The translations under genes and the position numbers were made by a program. A DNA stretch of 64,000 nucleotides from an uncultured Alphaproteobacteria bacterium. Lineage in GTDB: Bacteria > Pseudomonadota > Alphaproteobacteria > Rhizobiales > Xanthobacteraceae. This document shows, piece by piece, positions 17,180-31,158 of the stretch. The notes under the pieces are model-generated. The model worked only from the letters and a program-made list of their open reading frames with translations, was not told the DNA's origin and ran no database searches. The stretch spans positions 8,025-72,024 of the forward strand of contig CAVWLX010000016.1 in the NCBI GenBank assembly GCA_963755885.1, written 5' to 3'. The number at the start of each line of letters is the position of its first letter. Position 1 is the first letter of the stretch.

Positions 17180-17860
17180 TTACCCTTCCCGGGTTGGCAC
17201 CTGCGGCCATTGGCCGGCTTCGATCTTGCCGGCGGCGATGACGGCCTGGGTGCGGCTCTCGACGCCGAGCTTTTGCAGGATCGCGGAGACATGCGCCTTG
17301 ATGGTGGCCTCCGACACGCCGAGCTCGTAAGCGATCTGCTTGTTGAGCAATCCTCCCGACAGCATCATCAGCACGCGGACCTGCTGCGGTGTCAGCGTCG
17401 ACAGCCGTGCAATCAATGCCGCGGTTTCGGCGTCGGATTGGCGCGTGAGATCGACATCGGGCGGCGTCCACACTTCGCCTTGCAGCACCCGCGCGATTGC
17501 CGCCCGCAGTGCTTCGATGCCCAGCGTCTTGGGGATGAAGCCCGACGCGCCGAACTCCATGCAGCGGCGGATGACGGCAGGGTCGTCGTTGGCCGAGACG
17601 ACGACGATCGGGACGCTCGGATATTGCGCGCGCAAATACATCAGGCCGGAAAAGCCACGGACGCCGGGCATCGAGAGATCGAGCAGGATCAGATCGACAT
17701 CGCCGCCGCCGCGATCGAGAACTTCGCTGACTTCTTCGAAGGTGCCGGCTTCGGCAATTTCGGCGCGGTCAAACAGCCCGGTCACCGCTTCGCGCAGCGC
17801 GCCGCGGAACAGCGGATGATCGTCGGCGATCAACAGATGATGGGATTGCGCCTCGCTCAA
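17180..17860 (-). CDS. LuxR/FixJ(NarL)-family two-component response regulator
   Basis: Receiver 'HLLIADDHPLFRGAL...DLILLDLSMPG' followed by the LuxR HTH 'LTPQQVRVLMMLSGGLLNKQIAYELGVSEATIKAHVSAILQKLGV'. Confidence 0.9.
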   Translation of the reverse strand: MSEAQSHHLLIADDHPLFRGALREAVTGLFDRAEIAEAGTFEEVSEVLDRGGGDVDLILLDLSMPGVRGFSGLMYLRAQYPSVPIVVVSANDDPAVIRRCMEFGASGFIPKTLGIEALRAAIARVLQGEVWTPPDVDLTRQSDAETAALIARLSTLTPQQVRVLMMLSGGLLNKQIAYELGVSEATIKAHVSAILQKLGVESRTQAVIAAGKIEAGQWPQVPTREG

Positions 17861-17973
17861 CGGGATGACCTAGCCGATCACGTGTTGGGGACACGCATAC
17901 GCGACTTTACTGCCGATCGCCGGGCGCCGTCCACAGCGCGCCCCTGCGGTGACCGCACGGTTCTCGTTCCCGG

Positions 17974-18072
17974 ATGTGGTATACCCTGATCGTCAACCTC
18001 AAGAGTGCCAAAGCGCAAAGGGCCGAGCACCCACCGAAGCTCATGGCCCATGCCGTCGAGACGATTGAGTGA
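17974..18072 (+). pseudogene. C-terminal fragment of a further PF04392-type binding-protein paralog
   Basis: It translates to 'MWYTLIVNLKSAKAQRAEHPPKLMAHAVETIE*'. This parallels the C-termini of the three intact paralogs ('..FVINLKTAKALGLEVPPQLAARADEVIE*'). It ends in the same GAGTGAGG stop/start junction. Confidence 0.65.
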
Positions 18073-18095
18073 GGCCGGTGAGCCGGGAGTCATCC

Positions 18096-19079
18096 ATGAG
18101 ACGCCGTGATTTCGTGCGATTGCTTGCGGGAGCCGCGATTACCGCGCCTTACAGCGCTGCCGCCCAGACGACTGCAAAGACATTTCGCCTTGGCACACTC
18201 ACCGTCGGGCCGCCGATCGCGCCGACGCAAGGCCAAGGAGCCATTCTGATCGCCGGGTTGGCGAAGCGGGGCTATACGCTTGGGCAGAATCTCGCTTACG
18301 AGGCTCGTGGCGCCGCAGGCAACATGAGTCACATGGCCAATCTGATGCAGGAACTAAAAGCCGCCAACGTCGACGTGGTCGTGACCGTCGGCTACCCGTC
18401 CGCTGCGGCCGCCAAGGCCTCCGGCGTGGCCACCGTGATCGGCGGCGGCATTGGTGATCCGGTTGTGACTGGGCTTGTCACGAGCTGGGCACGGCCAGGC
18501 GGCAACGTCACCGGAATATCCGACGACGTCGCGGCGCTTTCCACCAAACGCCTCGGGCTGTTGAAAGCAATGTTGCCGCAGCTTAGCCGGGTCGCCATGT
18601 TGTGGAATAAGGACGACCTCGGCATGTCGCAGCGGTACGACGCCTCGGCGAAAGCCGCGCAAGATATCGGCGTCACCGTGCTACCTCTCGGCGTGCGTCA
18701 GCCCGACGATTTCAACGAGGCGTTTGCGGCAATGGACCGTACGCCTCCGGACGCCATTCTGATGGTCACCAACTCGCTCACGCTCCTCAATCGCAAGCGG
18801 GTGTTCGATTACGCGGCCGCGCACCGCGTTCCGGCAATCTATGAGCAGGACTCCATGGCTCGCGCCGGCGGCCTGATGTCTTACGGCGCGGACGCCCGCA
18901 AATCATACGATCGCGCCGCGGCGCTTGCCGCGCGCGTTTTTCAAGGCGCGAAGCCCGCCGACCTGCCATTCGAGACTCCGACGCGTTACCTGTTTGTGAT
19001 CAACCTGAAAACCGCCAAAGCGATGAACTTCACCGTACCAAACAACGTGCTCGCGCTCGCCGACGAGGTCATTGAGTGA
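18096..19079 (+). CDS. ABC_sub_bind (PF04392-type) periplasmic substrate-binding protein, paralog 1
   Basis: Twin-arginine-like signal 'MRRRDFVRLLAGAAITAPYSAAAQ'. Family motif 'ARPGGNVTGIS'. C-terminus 'ADEVIE'. The maximal ORF starts at GTG 18069. Confidence 0.8.
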   Translation: MRRRDFVRLLAGAAITAPYSAAAQTTAKTFRLGTLTVGPPIAPTQGQGAILIAGLAKRGYTLGQNLAYEARGAAGNMSHMANLMQELKAANVDVVVTVGYPSAAAAKASGVATVIGGGIGDPVVTGLVTSWARPGGNVTGISDDVAALSTKRLGLLKAMLPQLSRVAMLWNKDDLGMSQRYDASAKAAQDIGVTVLPLGVRQPDDFNEAFAAMDRTPPDAILMVTNSLTLLNRKRVFDYAAAHRVPAIYEQDSMARAGGLMSYGADARKSYDRAAALAARVFQGAKPADLPFETPTRYLFVINLKTAKAMNFTVPNNVLALADEVIE

Positions 19080-20050
19080 GACGGCGCGATTTCATCGCTC
19101 TGAGTGCAGGCGCCGCGGCGTGGCCGCTTGTGGCGCGCGCACAGGATGCGGGAAGGACCTATCGCATCGGCGGCCTGTCCGCCGGTCCACGCAGTGCACC
19201 GTATTTTGTCGCGATGTTCAATGAACTACGGCACGCGCGCTTCATCGAGGGCCAAAACTTCGTCATCGATTGGCATCAATATGTACCGCGTATTGAGGTG
19301 ATGCCGGAAGTTGCGGCGGAGTTTGTCAAATCCCAAGTCGATGTCATCTACGCCAGCGGAGATTTGGCGATTCGCGCGGCCCAGCAGGCGACGACAACGA
19401 TTCCGATCCTCGGCGTTACCGACGATATGGTCGGGTCGGGACTGGTGAAGTCGCTGGCGCGGCCCGGCGGCAATACCACCGGTATCAGCATCCTCGCGAC
19501 CGAGCTCGACGGCAAGCGGCAAGAAATCCTGATCGAGGCGGTACCTGGACTTCGCCGCATGGCGGCGCTTGCCGATGCCAACCAGACCGCAGCGCCGCAG
19601 CTCCAGGCCTTGCAGGAAGCGGCGCGCGCACGCGGTGTCGAGCTTTCGATTCATCGGGTCGCCAGGCCAGAAGAGGTCGCGGCAGTCATCGACGCTTCGA
19701 AGGCTTCGGGCGCCGAAGCGCTCAACGTTTTGGCGTCGCCTCTCCTAACCATCGTAAGTCGTCAGATCATCATGCAACGGGCGGCGGCGCTGCGCCTGCC
19801 GGCCATGTATCAATCTCCCGAAGTGGTGGAGGAGGGCGGATTTGCCGCCTACGGCGTACGCCTTGTCCGGGTCTTTCGAGAGCTGCTGGCCCCGCAGCTC
19901 GTCAAGCTCCTGCGCGGCGCCAAACCTGCCGATCTGCCGATCGAGCAGCCGACCAAATTCGAACTTGCCATCAACCTCAAGACCGCCAAGGCGCTCGGGC
20001 TGACGATGCCCGAATCCTTCCTTGCGCGCGCCGACGAGGTGATCGAGTGA
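19076..20050 (+). CDS. ABC_sub_bind (PF04392-type) periplasmic substrate-binding protein, paralog 2
   Basis: 'MRRRDFIALSAGAAAWPLVARAQ', 'ARPGGNTTGIS' and 'ADEVIE*'. The GTG start overlaps the preceding TGA (GTGA). Confidence 0.8.
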   Translation: MRRRDFIALSAGAAAWPLVARAQDAGRTYRIGGLSAGPRSAPYFVAMFNELRHARFIEGQNFVIDWHQYVPRIEVMPEVAAEFVKSQVDVIYASGDLAIRAAQQATTTIPILGVTDDMVGSGLVKSLARPGGNTTGISILATELDGKRQEILIEAVPGLRRMAALADANQTAAPQLQALQEAARARGVELSIHRVARPEEVAAVIDASKASGAEALNVLASPLLTIVSRQIIMQRAAALRLPAMYQSPEVVEEGGFAAYGVRLVRVFRELLAPQLVKLLRGAKPADLPIEQPTKFELAINLKTAKALGLTMPESFLARADEVIE

Positions 20051-21030
20051 GGCGGCGCGAGTTCATCGCACTGGTCGGTGGTGCGGCGACTACGTGGCCG
20101 TTCGCCGCGGACGCGCAACAGCGAACAACGCCGGTCATCGGTTTTCTTTCCGGCGTAGGGGCGAACGATTTGCGTTACTTGGCTGACGCATTCCGTGGCG
20201 GCTTGAACGAAGCAGGCTACGTTGAGGGCCGAAACGTGACCATAGAGTTTCGTTTTGCGGAAAATCGTCCAGATCGATCGCCTGCGCTGGCGAACGATCT
20301 CGTCAGTCGCGGAGTGGCGGTGATCGTGGCGACGGGCGGCGGAAACGCGGTTCTTGCCGCGAAGGCGGCGACCAAGACGATACCGATCGTTTTCACCGCC
20401 GGTGATGACCCGGTGCAAGCCGGTTATGTCGAGAGTCTAAACCGGCCGGGCGGAAACGTCACAGGGGTCGCCTTTTTCGCGTCCTTACTTGCCAGCAAGG
20501 GACTAAGCCTGCTCTACGAAATTGCTCCCAAGGCTTCCGTTGTTGGAATGCTGGTGAACAACGCAAGCCTTGAGGCACAGCCGCAGCTCGGCAGGGCACA
20601 GGAAGCGGCGCGGGCGCTCGGGCTGCAACTCCTTGTCCTTCCCGCCTCCAATGCCGACGATATCGCTGCTGCATTCGCGACAATGCGGGAAAGACAGGCC
20701 GGCGCGCTCCTGATTGCAGGCGATCCGTATTTTGGCAGCCGCATTCCGGAAATCGCGGCTTTGGCGCTGCGCAATGCCATGCCCGCTTTGTATTTCACCC
20801 GCGAATTTGCTGTCCAGGGTGGCCTTATGAGCTATGGAGCCGACATCGGCGACGGATTTCGACGCGCGGCTATGTATGTCGGCAGGATTTTGAAAGGCGA
20901 AAAACCCTCCGACCTGCCCGTCGATCAGGCCACCAGAATTGAATTCGTGATCAATCTCAAAACCGCCAAAGCTCTCGGGCTTGAAGTGCCGCCGCAGCTC
21001 GCCGCCCGCGCCGACGAGGTGATAGAGTGA
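20047..21030 (+). CDS. ABC_sub_bind (PF04392-type) periplasmic substrate-binding protein, paralog 3
   Basis: 'MRRREFIALVGGAATTWPFAADAQ', 'NRPGGNVTGV' and 'ADEVIE*'. GTGA overlap with paralog 2. Confidence 0.8.
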   Translation: MRRREFIALVGGAATTWPFAADAQQRTTPVIGFLSGVGANDLRYLADAFRGGLNEAGYVEGRNVTIEFRFAENRPDRSPALANDLVSRGVAVIVATGGGNAVLAAKAATKTIPIVFTAGDDPVQAGYVESLNRPGGNVTGVAFFASLLASKGLSLLYEIAPKASVVGMLVNNASLEAQPQLGRAQEAARALGLQLLVLPASNADDIAAAFATMRERQAGALLIAGDPYFGSRIPEIAALALRNAMPALYFTREFAVQGGLMSYGADIGDGFRRAAMYVGRILKGEKPSDLPVDQATRIEFVINLKTAKALGLEVPPQLAARADEVIE

Positions 21031-21041
21031 GGCGGCGCGAC
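21027..21041 (+). pseudogene. five-codon stub of a fourth paralog (GTG AGG CGG CGC GAC = MRRRD), cut off by a REP element
   Basis: The junction sequence GAGTGAGGCGGCGCGA matches the 20044-20059 junction, but REP sequence follows instead of a signal peptide. Confidence 0.55.
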
Positions 21042-21049
21042 CAAATATT

Positions 21050-21169
21050 CCCCTCCCCCTTGCGGGGAGGGGTTAGGGGTGGGGGTCGAGACGCTCTAGC
21101 GCAAGCGTCGTCGCTCTCGCATCCCCTCGCGACCCCCCTCCCTACCCCTCCCCCACAAGGGGGGAGGGA
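21050..21169. repeat. composite REP/MITE-like palindrome (CCCTCCCC...GGGGAGGG family)
   Basis: The left unit is CCCCTCCCCCTTGCGGGGAGGGGTTAGGGGTGGGGGTCG (about 21050-21097). An inverted, similar right unit is CGACCCCCCTCCCTACCCCTCCCCCACAAGGGGGGAGGG (about 21129-21169). Each unit is itself a hairpin. Confidence 0.75.
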
Positions 21170-21205
21170 ACAGATTGAGTATTTGCCGCCCCGCTTGCGC
21201 GGCCT

Positions 21206-26275
<5,070 letters not shown>

Positions 26276-26319
26276 TCGGCGACACGCCTTGGAGGCCCAA
26301 TTGGTCCGATCGTGGAAAG

Positions 26320-26354
26320 CGGCGCCTCGGCCACACTGGCGGGGTGCCGTTTTT
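26320..26354 (+). terminator. candidate intrinsic terminator downstream of the multi-GAF kinase
   Basis: Stem CGGCGCC (26320-26326) pairs with GGTGCCG (26343-26349, one G-U pair), followed by TTTTT (26350-26354). The 16-nt loop is long for a canonical terminator. Confidence 0.4.
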
Positions 26355-26463
26355 ACGATGCGCGAAAGAAAAACTATTCATAAGATTAGAAATATTCATT
26401 CAGGATGGCCAAGCGCAGGTTTTATAGTTGTGGTTGTTACACGCACTCTGAACCGGGAATAAC

Positions 26464-27717
26464 ATGCCCAGCGTCAATCATCGGCTCATCCCCATGCGAT
26501 CCGGCACCGTCGCCAGCACTTGGCGCACGCCGATGCTCATTATCGGCTTCGGCTGCCTGATCTCGCTGATGTCCTTTGGTCCGCGTTCCTCGCTCGGCTT
26601 CTTTCTGGCGCCGATGTCGGCCGCCAATCACTGGGGCCGCGACGTTTTCGCCTTCGCGCTGGCATTACAGAACCTGCTCTGGGGCATCGGCCAGCCGCTC
26701 GCTGGAATCATCGCCGACCGCTTCGGCGCGGCTCGGGTGTTCTGCGCCGGCGGGCTGATGTATGCGGTCGGCCTTGCGCTGATGTCGCAGGCGACGAGCG
26801 CCCCGATGCTCGACGTTTCGGCGGGCGTACTGGTCGGCGTCGGCCTGTCCGGCACGTCATTCATGGTTGTTCTGGCGGCGTTCGCGAAGCTGTTGCCGCC
26901 GGAGCGGCGTTCGCTCGCCTTCGGGCTTGGTACCGCCGCGGGCTCCTTCGGCCAATTTCTCTACTCGCCCGTCGCGGTTGCACTGATGGATTCCTTGGGC
27001 TGGCAACAAACCCTGATCATCTTTGCCGCCAGCATGCTTCTGGTGCTGCCGCTATCGCTGGGGCTGGCGGCGCCGAAGACGGACGGGATCAGAGAAACCG
27101 CGCAACAATCACTGCGCCATGCGCTCGGGGAGGCTTTCGCGCATCGTTCGTATATCATGCTGGTGCTGGGTTTCTTTACCTGCGGCTTCCAGCTTGCCTT
27201 CATCACCGTGCATTTACCGGCGTATCTGGTCGACCGCGGTCTGTCCGCGACCGTCGGCGGTTGGACGCTGGCGACGATCGGGCTGTTTAACATCGTCGGC
27301 TCAATCACATCCGGCTGGCTCGGCGACCGCATGCCCAAACGCTACCTGCTCTCGATCATTTATTTCGGGCGCGCCGCCGTCATCTTTGCTTTCATTTCAT
27401 TTCCGACTACGCCGGTCACTTGCATCGTGTTTGGCGCCACCATGGGTCTGATGTGGCTGTCGACCGTGCCGCCGACCAACGGCATCATCGCGGTCATGTT
27501 TGGAACCCGCTGGCTCGCGACACTCGGCGGCTTCGCTTTCTTCAGCCACCAGATCGGCGGTTTCCTCGGCGCCTGGCTGGGCGGCATCGTGTTCGATCGC
27601 ACCGGTTCCTACGATATGGTATGGTGGCTTTCGATCCTGTTCGGTATCCTCTCGGCGCTGATCAATATGCCGATCGTTGAAAAGCCGGTTGCCCGCGCTG
27701 CCCCGGTTGCGGCATGA
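26464..27717 (+). CDS. MFS transporter
   Basis: 417 aa, about 12 hydrophobic segments, and the MFS loop motif 'GIIADRFGAARV' (G-x-x-x-D-R-x-G-x-R). Confidence 0.85.
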   Translation: MPSVNHRLIPMRSGTVASTWRTPMLIIGFGCLISLMSFGPRSSLGFFLAPMSAANHWGRDVFAFALALQNLLWGIGQPLAGIIADRFGAARVFCAGGLMYAVGLALMSQATSAPMLDVSAGVLVGVGLSGTSFMVVLAAFAKLLPPERRSLAFGLGTAAGSFGQFLYSPVAVALMDSLGWQQTLIIFAASMLLVLPLSLGLAAPKTDGIRETAQQSLRHALGEAFAHRSYIMLVLGFFTCGFQLAFITVHLPAYLVDRGLSATVGGWTLATIGLFNIVGSITSGWLGDRMPKRYLLSIIYFGRAAVIFAFISFPTTPVTCIVFGATMGLMWLSTVPPTNGIIAVMFGTRWLATLGGFAFFSHQIGGFLGAWLGGIVFDRTGSYDMVWWLSILFGILSALINMPIVEKPVARAAPVAA

Positions 27718-27727
27718 ATAGGCACGG

Positions 27728-27889
27728 ATGCGCGATAGCGAAGCCCAAGGCTCGACACCGCTGCCGCTCATTTTGGTGAGCGCCGCAATTGCCGTCGTCC
27801 TCGGCGGTACCGGCTGGCTGTGGGTCCATTACGGCACCGCGGTGTTTTTCGAGACCGTCCGCGCCGGGTTCATCGCCTGCTTCGGCTAG
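27728..27889 (+). CDS. small membrane protein (53 aa), not in the supplied ORF track
   Basis: An ATG 11 nt after the MFS stop opens 'MRDSEAQGSTPLPLILVSAAIAVVLGGTGWLWVHYGTAVFFETVRAGFIACFG*'. One clear TM helix, and third-position GC like the neighbouring genes. Confidence 0.4.
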   Translation: MRDSEAQGSTPLPLILVSAAIAVVLGGTGWLWVHYGTAVFFETVRAGFIACFG

Positions 27890-27974
27890 AGCGTGCTCGC
27901 AAAAAGCCTGCCCGTGGACTCGATCCGAGGGTGGAAACTCGGCTTTCGCAAACGATCATGCGACCAACGAAAAT

Positions 27975-28433
27975 CTACACCGACCCGATAAATTGCAGCG
28001 TCACCTCGCGCCGGTGCGGGCGCCGGCGGTGTTCGGCGACATAAATGCCCTGCCAGGTGCCGAGATTGAGCGCGCCGCCAATGACCGGGATATTGAGCGA
28101 AACGCCGTTGACCATGGATTTGATGTGAGCCGGCATATCGTCCGGTCCCTCGACATCGTGAATCCAGCCGGCATCGGCCGGCGCCATGCGGCTGAGCGCG
28201 GTGATGAGATCGCGGCGCACGTCAGGGTCGGCGTTTTCCTGAATGACGAGCGACGCCGAGGTGTGGCGGAGAAAAAGTGTGAGGCCGCCGTCGCACGCCT
28301 TGCTCTCTTTCAGAAATTGGGCGACTTCACCGGTAATCTCAAAAAACCCTTCGCCGGGTGTGTCGATCGTCAGGACCGCGGTGGCGATGATTTCCGCGTG
28401 CGTTGTGCGAACGGCCGAGAGATTAAGACGCAC
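27975..28433 (-). CDS. YjbQ/UPF0047-family protein (secondary thiamine-phosphate synthase-like)
   Basis: 'FEITGEVAQFL...GLTLFLRHTSASLVIQENADPDVRRDL....W.H..EGPDDMPAHIKS...G.S..IPV..G.L.LGTWQGIY..EHR' is the characteristic UPF0047 pattern. Confidence 0.85.
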   Translation of the reverse strand: MRLNLSAVRTTHAEIIATAVLTIDTPGEGFFEITGEVAQFLKESKACDGGLTLFLRHTSASLVIQENADPDVRRDLITALSRMAPADAGWIHDVEGPDDMPAHIKSMVNGVSLNIPVIGGALNLGTWQGIYVAEHRRRPHRREVTLQFIGSV

Positions 28434-28439
28434 GACCGA

Positions 28440-28904
28440 TCAGCTCTTGTTGAGTACTTGTTTCTGCGCACGAACAATGGCGTCGACCAACTGATGCCAC
28501 ATCCGTCCGACCAGCGCGACCATGCGGTCGAGCTCGGGATTGCTCCCGAGCCGCGGCAGGCGGTCGCTGTCGTGCATGCTCGGCGGCTCCGGCATCGCCC
28601 CTGACGGCAACGCCAGGCCGTGGGCGAGCAGGTCCTTTTTGAGCGTGGCGTTTTCCTTGCGCAGCCGGGCGATCTCGTTCTCAAGCACGGCGCGGTCTTC
28701 CGGAACAGCCTGACACGCCCAGCCGACGGTGCGCTGGCTGCACACCGAAACCTCGCCGCTCTGCGTGTCGAGGCGCAGAAACCCTTCCGCCACTTTGCTG
28801 AACGTGTACCGCCCGTCGCCGCTGTCCGGCATGGCGTCATCGGCGAGCGCCGGCGCGATCAAACACAAGCCGGCGATGACACTGGCAAAGACCGTGTTGG
28901 TCAT
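28440..28904 (-). CDS. secreted hypothetical protein with a coiled-coil segment
   Basis: The start is set at 'MTNTVFASVIAGLCLIAPALA' (signal peptide). The heptad-like segment is 'LENEIARLRKENATLKKDLL'. Confidence 0.55.
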   Translation of the reverse strand: MTNTVFASVIAGLCLIAPALADDAMPDSGDGRYTFSKVAEGFLRLDTQSGEVSVCSQRTVGWACQAVPEDRAVLENEIARLRKENATLKKDLLAHGLALPSGAMPEPPSMHDSDRLPRLGSNPELDRMVALVGRMWHQLVDAIVRAQKQVLNKS

Positions 28905-29175
28905 GATCTCCTCGCTGGCGAAACGAAACGGCGGGCCCACTTGCTGATCCGCCGGGACCCGGATGCCATCCGCTCCCGTCCATTTTAGCGGCAATCGCTT
29001 CGCGCTGCACAATGGAGCTGCAGCAGCGTATCAAAAGCGGGAGATATCTCTTATAACTTCAAAGTGTTAGCATTGGCGACGGTTTCTTGACTTGGCGGAA
29101 CCCAATCAGTAAGGTCCGCGCGGCTTCAGGGGGCGGGCCCGTCTCGATTGCCGGTAAGCCGCGGGTGTCGAACAG

Positions 29176-29568
29176 ATGAGCGACGGCACGCGCGACAACG
29201 GTAATCGTGACAAGGCGCATAACGATGAAGCCGCCCTCTCCGCGAGACTCCAGCGTCTCGGCGAAGGTCTGGGCCAGGCACGCGGGCGTGCCGGGCCTGC
29301 GTCTTCGGATGGTCCTGGTGGAGATCGGGCCGCGACTGCATCGGGCTACGCCAGGGGCTTCCGGCTCTCGAGCGAACTCGTTGGAGGCGTGCTGGTTGGC
29401 GCCGGCCTCGGCTGGCTGATCGACCGGGTGCTCGGCATCTCGCCTTGGGGGTTTATCGTTTTTCTCTTGCTCGGCTTCGTCGCGGGCGTGCTCAACGTGA
29501 TGCGCTCCGCCGGGGTCGTTCCCGGTCCGACCCCCGGTGACGGCACGTCGGGAGGCCGAAAACAGTGA
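29176..29568 (+). CDS. atpI: ATP synthase protein I (AtpI/AtpZ-like)
   Basis: Small protein with two C-terminal TM helices, '[41 protein letters not shown]', directly upstream of atpB. Confidence 0.8.
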   Translation: MSDGTRDNGNRDKAHNDEAALSARLQRLGEGLGQARGRAGPASSDGPGGDRAATASGYARGFRLSSELVGGVLVGAGLGWLIDRVLGISPWGFIVFLLLGFVAGVLNVMRSAGVVPGPTPGDGTSGGRKQ

Positions 29569-29599
29569 CGGCAGATTTGCGCACGGCGGCGATGCAATC

Positions 29600-30346
29600 A
29601 TGACGGTCGATCCGATCCACCAGTTTCAGATTCACAACATTGCGCCGTTGTTTTCCATCGGCCGCTATCAGATTTATTTCACCAATTCCGCGCTGTTCAT
29701 GCTGATCATCGTTCTGCTGGTTTCGGCATTGTTGATCGCGACACCGCGGGCGTTGATCCCAGGCCGGCTGCAATCGGTCGCGGAAATGTCATACGAATTT
29801 GTCGCCAATACGGTGCGCAGCTCGGCCGGAACCGAGGGAATGAAGTTCTTTCCCTTCGTGTTTACGCTGTTCATGTTCGTCCTGTTCGCCAACATTATCG
29901 GGCTCATTCCCTATTCCTTCACGGTGACGAGCCAGCTGATCGTGACCGCGACGCTGGCGCTCGCGGTGTTCTTCATCGTCGTGATCTACGGGTTCTGGAG
30001 GAACGGCCTGGGCTTTCTCAAGCTGTTCGTCCCCAAGGGCGTGCCGATCTACATCCTGCCGGCGATCGTGGTCATTGAGGTGCTGTCGTTCGTTTCGCGC
30101 CCGATCTCCCACAGCGTGCGGTTATTCGCCAACATGCTTGCCGGCCACATCACGCTTCAGGTCTTCGCCGGTTTCATCATCATGCTTGCGGGTTTCGGCA
30201 TTGCCGGCTGGTTTGGCGCGGCGCTGCCGCTCATTCTGGTCATCATGCTTACCGCGCTCGAGTTTCTGGTGGCCTTTCTGCAAGCCTACGTGTTCGCCAT
30301 TCTCACCTGCATCTATCTCAACGATGCGATACACCCGAGCCATTGA
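29600..30346 (+). CDS. atpB: F0F1 ATP synthase subunit a
   Basis: '[17 protein letters not shown]' contains the essential Arg motif. The start is set at ATG 29600 ([11 protein letters not shown]). Confidence 0.95.
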   Translation: MTVDPIHQFQIHNIAPLFSIGRYQIYFTNSALFMLIIVLLVSALLIATPRALIPGRLQSVAEMSYEFVANTVRSSAGTEGMKFFPFVFTLFMFVLFANIIGLIPYSFTVTSQLIVTATLALAVFFIVVIYGFWRNGLGFLKLFVPKGVPIYILPAIVVIEVLSFVSRPISHSVRLFANMLAGHITLQVFAGFIIMLAGFGIAGWFGAALPLILVIMLTALEFLVAFLQAYVFAILTCIYLNDAIHPSH

Positions 30347-30381
30347 CGGCTCGATTTTAAACCTCGAAAAGGAGCTTTGTT

Positions 30382-30609
30382 ATGGATCCGACTGCCGCAA
30401 AATACATTGGTGCAGGCATTGCCTGTATCGGCATGGGCGGCGCCGGCGTCGGCGTGGGCATCATCTTCGGCAATTATCTGGCAGCGGCGCTGCGCAATCC
30501 TTCGGCGGCGCAGGGTCAGTTCGGCAATCTGATTTTCGGGTTCGCCATTACCGAGGCACTCGGCATTTTCTCGCTGCTGATCGCACTTCTGCTCTTGTTC
30601 GGGCTCTGA
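30382..30609 (+). CDS. atpE: F0F1 ATP synthase subunit c
   Basis: 75-aa hairpin proteolipid, '[13 protein letters not shown]...[20 protein letters not shown]', with the conserved carboxylate E. Confidence 0.95.
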   Translation: MDPTAAKYIGAGIACIGMGGAGVGVGIIFGNYLAAALRNPSAAQGQFGNLIFGFAITEALGIFSLLIALLLLFGL

Positions 30610-30616
30610 CGTTCGT

Positions 30617-31150
30617 ATGGCCGAGCCGACCGTCCATACCGAGGCGCCCGCGGAACAGCACGCGTTCCCACCGTTCCAGTCGCAGCATTTTCCGTCGCAG
30701 CTGCTCTGGCTGGTGCTGACCTTCCTGCTGCTCTACGCGCTGATGTCGCGGATTGCGTTGCCGCGTATCGGCGCGATCTTCGCCGAGCGGAGCAAGCGCA
30801 TTTCCGACGATCTCGCGGAAGCCAACCGGTTCAAGGAGCAGTCGGAGGCGGCCAACGCCGCCTACCAGAAGGCGCTTGCCGATGCGCGTGGCCGCGCGCA
30901 GGCCATCGCCAGCGAGACGCGCGAAAAGCAGGCGGCCGAAGCCAGCGCGACCAACAAGCGGCTTGAGGCGGAGCTGCACGGCAAGCTCGCGGCAGCCGAA
31001 CAGTCGATTGCCGGAACGCGTTCGGCCGCCATGCAGAACGTCGGCGCGATCGCCGCGGAGACCGCTGCGGCCATCGTCGAGCGCCTGATCGGCACGGTAC
31101 CGAATGCGCAGGACGCTGCCGCCGCCGTGAGCGATGTCAGCAAGCGATAA
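30617..31150 (+). CDS. F0F1 ATP synthase subunit b'
   Basis: N-terminal TM helix followed by a long Ala/Glu/Lys-rich helix. It is the first of two b-type genes, as in alphaproteobacterial F0 operons. Confidence 0.85.
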   Translation: MAEPTVHTEAPAEQHAFPPFQSQHFPSQLLWLVLTFLLLYALMSRIALPRIGAIFAERSKRISDDLAEANRFKEQSEAANAAYQKALADARGRAQAIASETREKQAAEASATNKRLEAELHGKLAAAEQSIAGTRSAAMQNVGAIAAETAAAIVERLIGTVPNAQDAAAAVSDVSKR

Positions 31151-31158
31151 GGTCCGCC

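Noticed and set aside
26385-26401. Irr iron-control-element-like sequence ATTAGAA-ATA-TTCATTC upstream of the MFS transporter
   Set aside because: Only the left half matches TTTAGAA-N3-TTCTAAA. The right half matches 3 of 7 positions. This is too weak to call.
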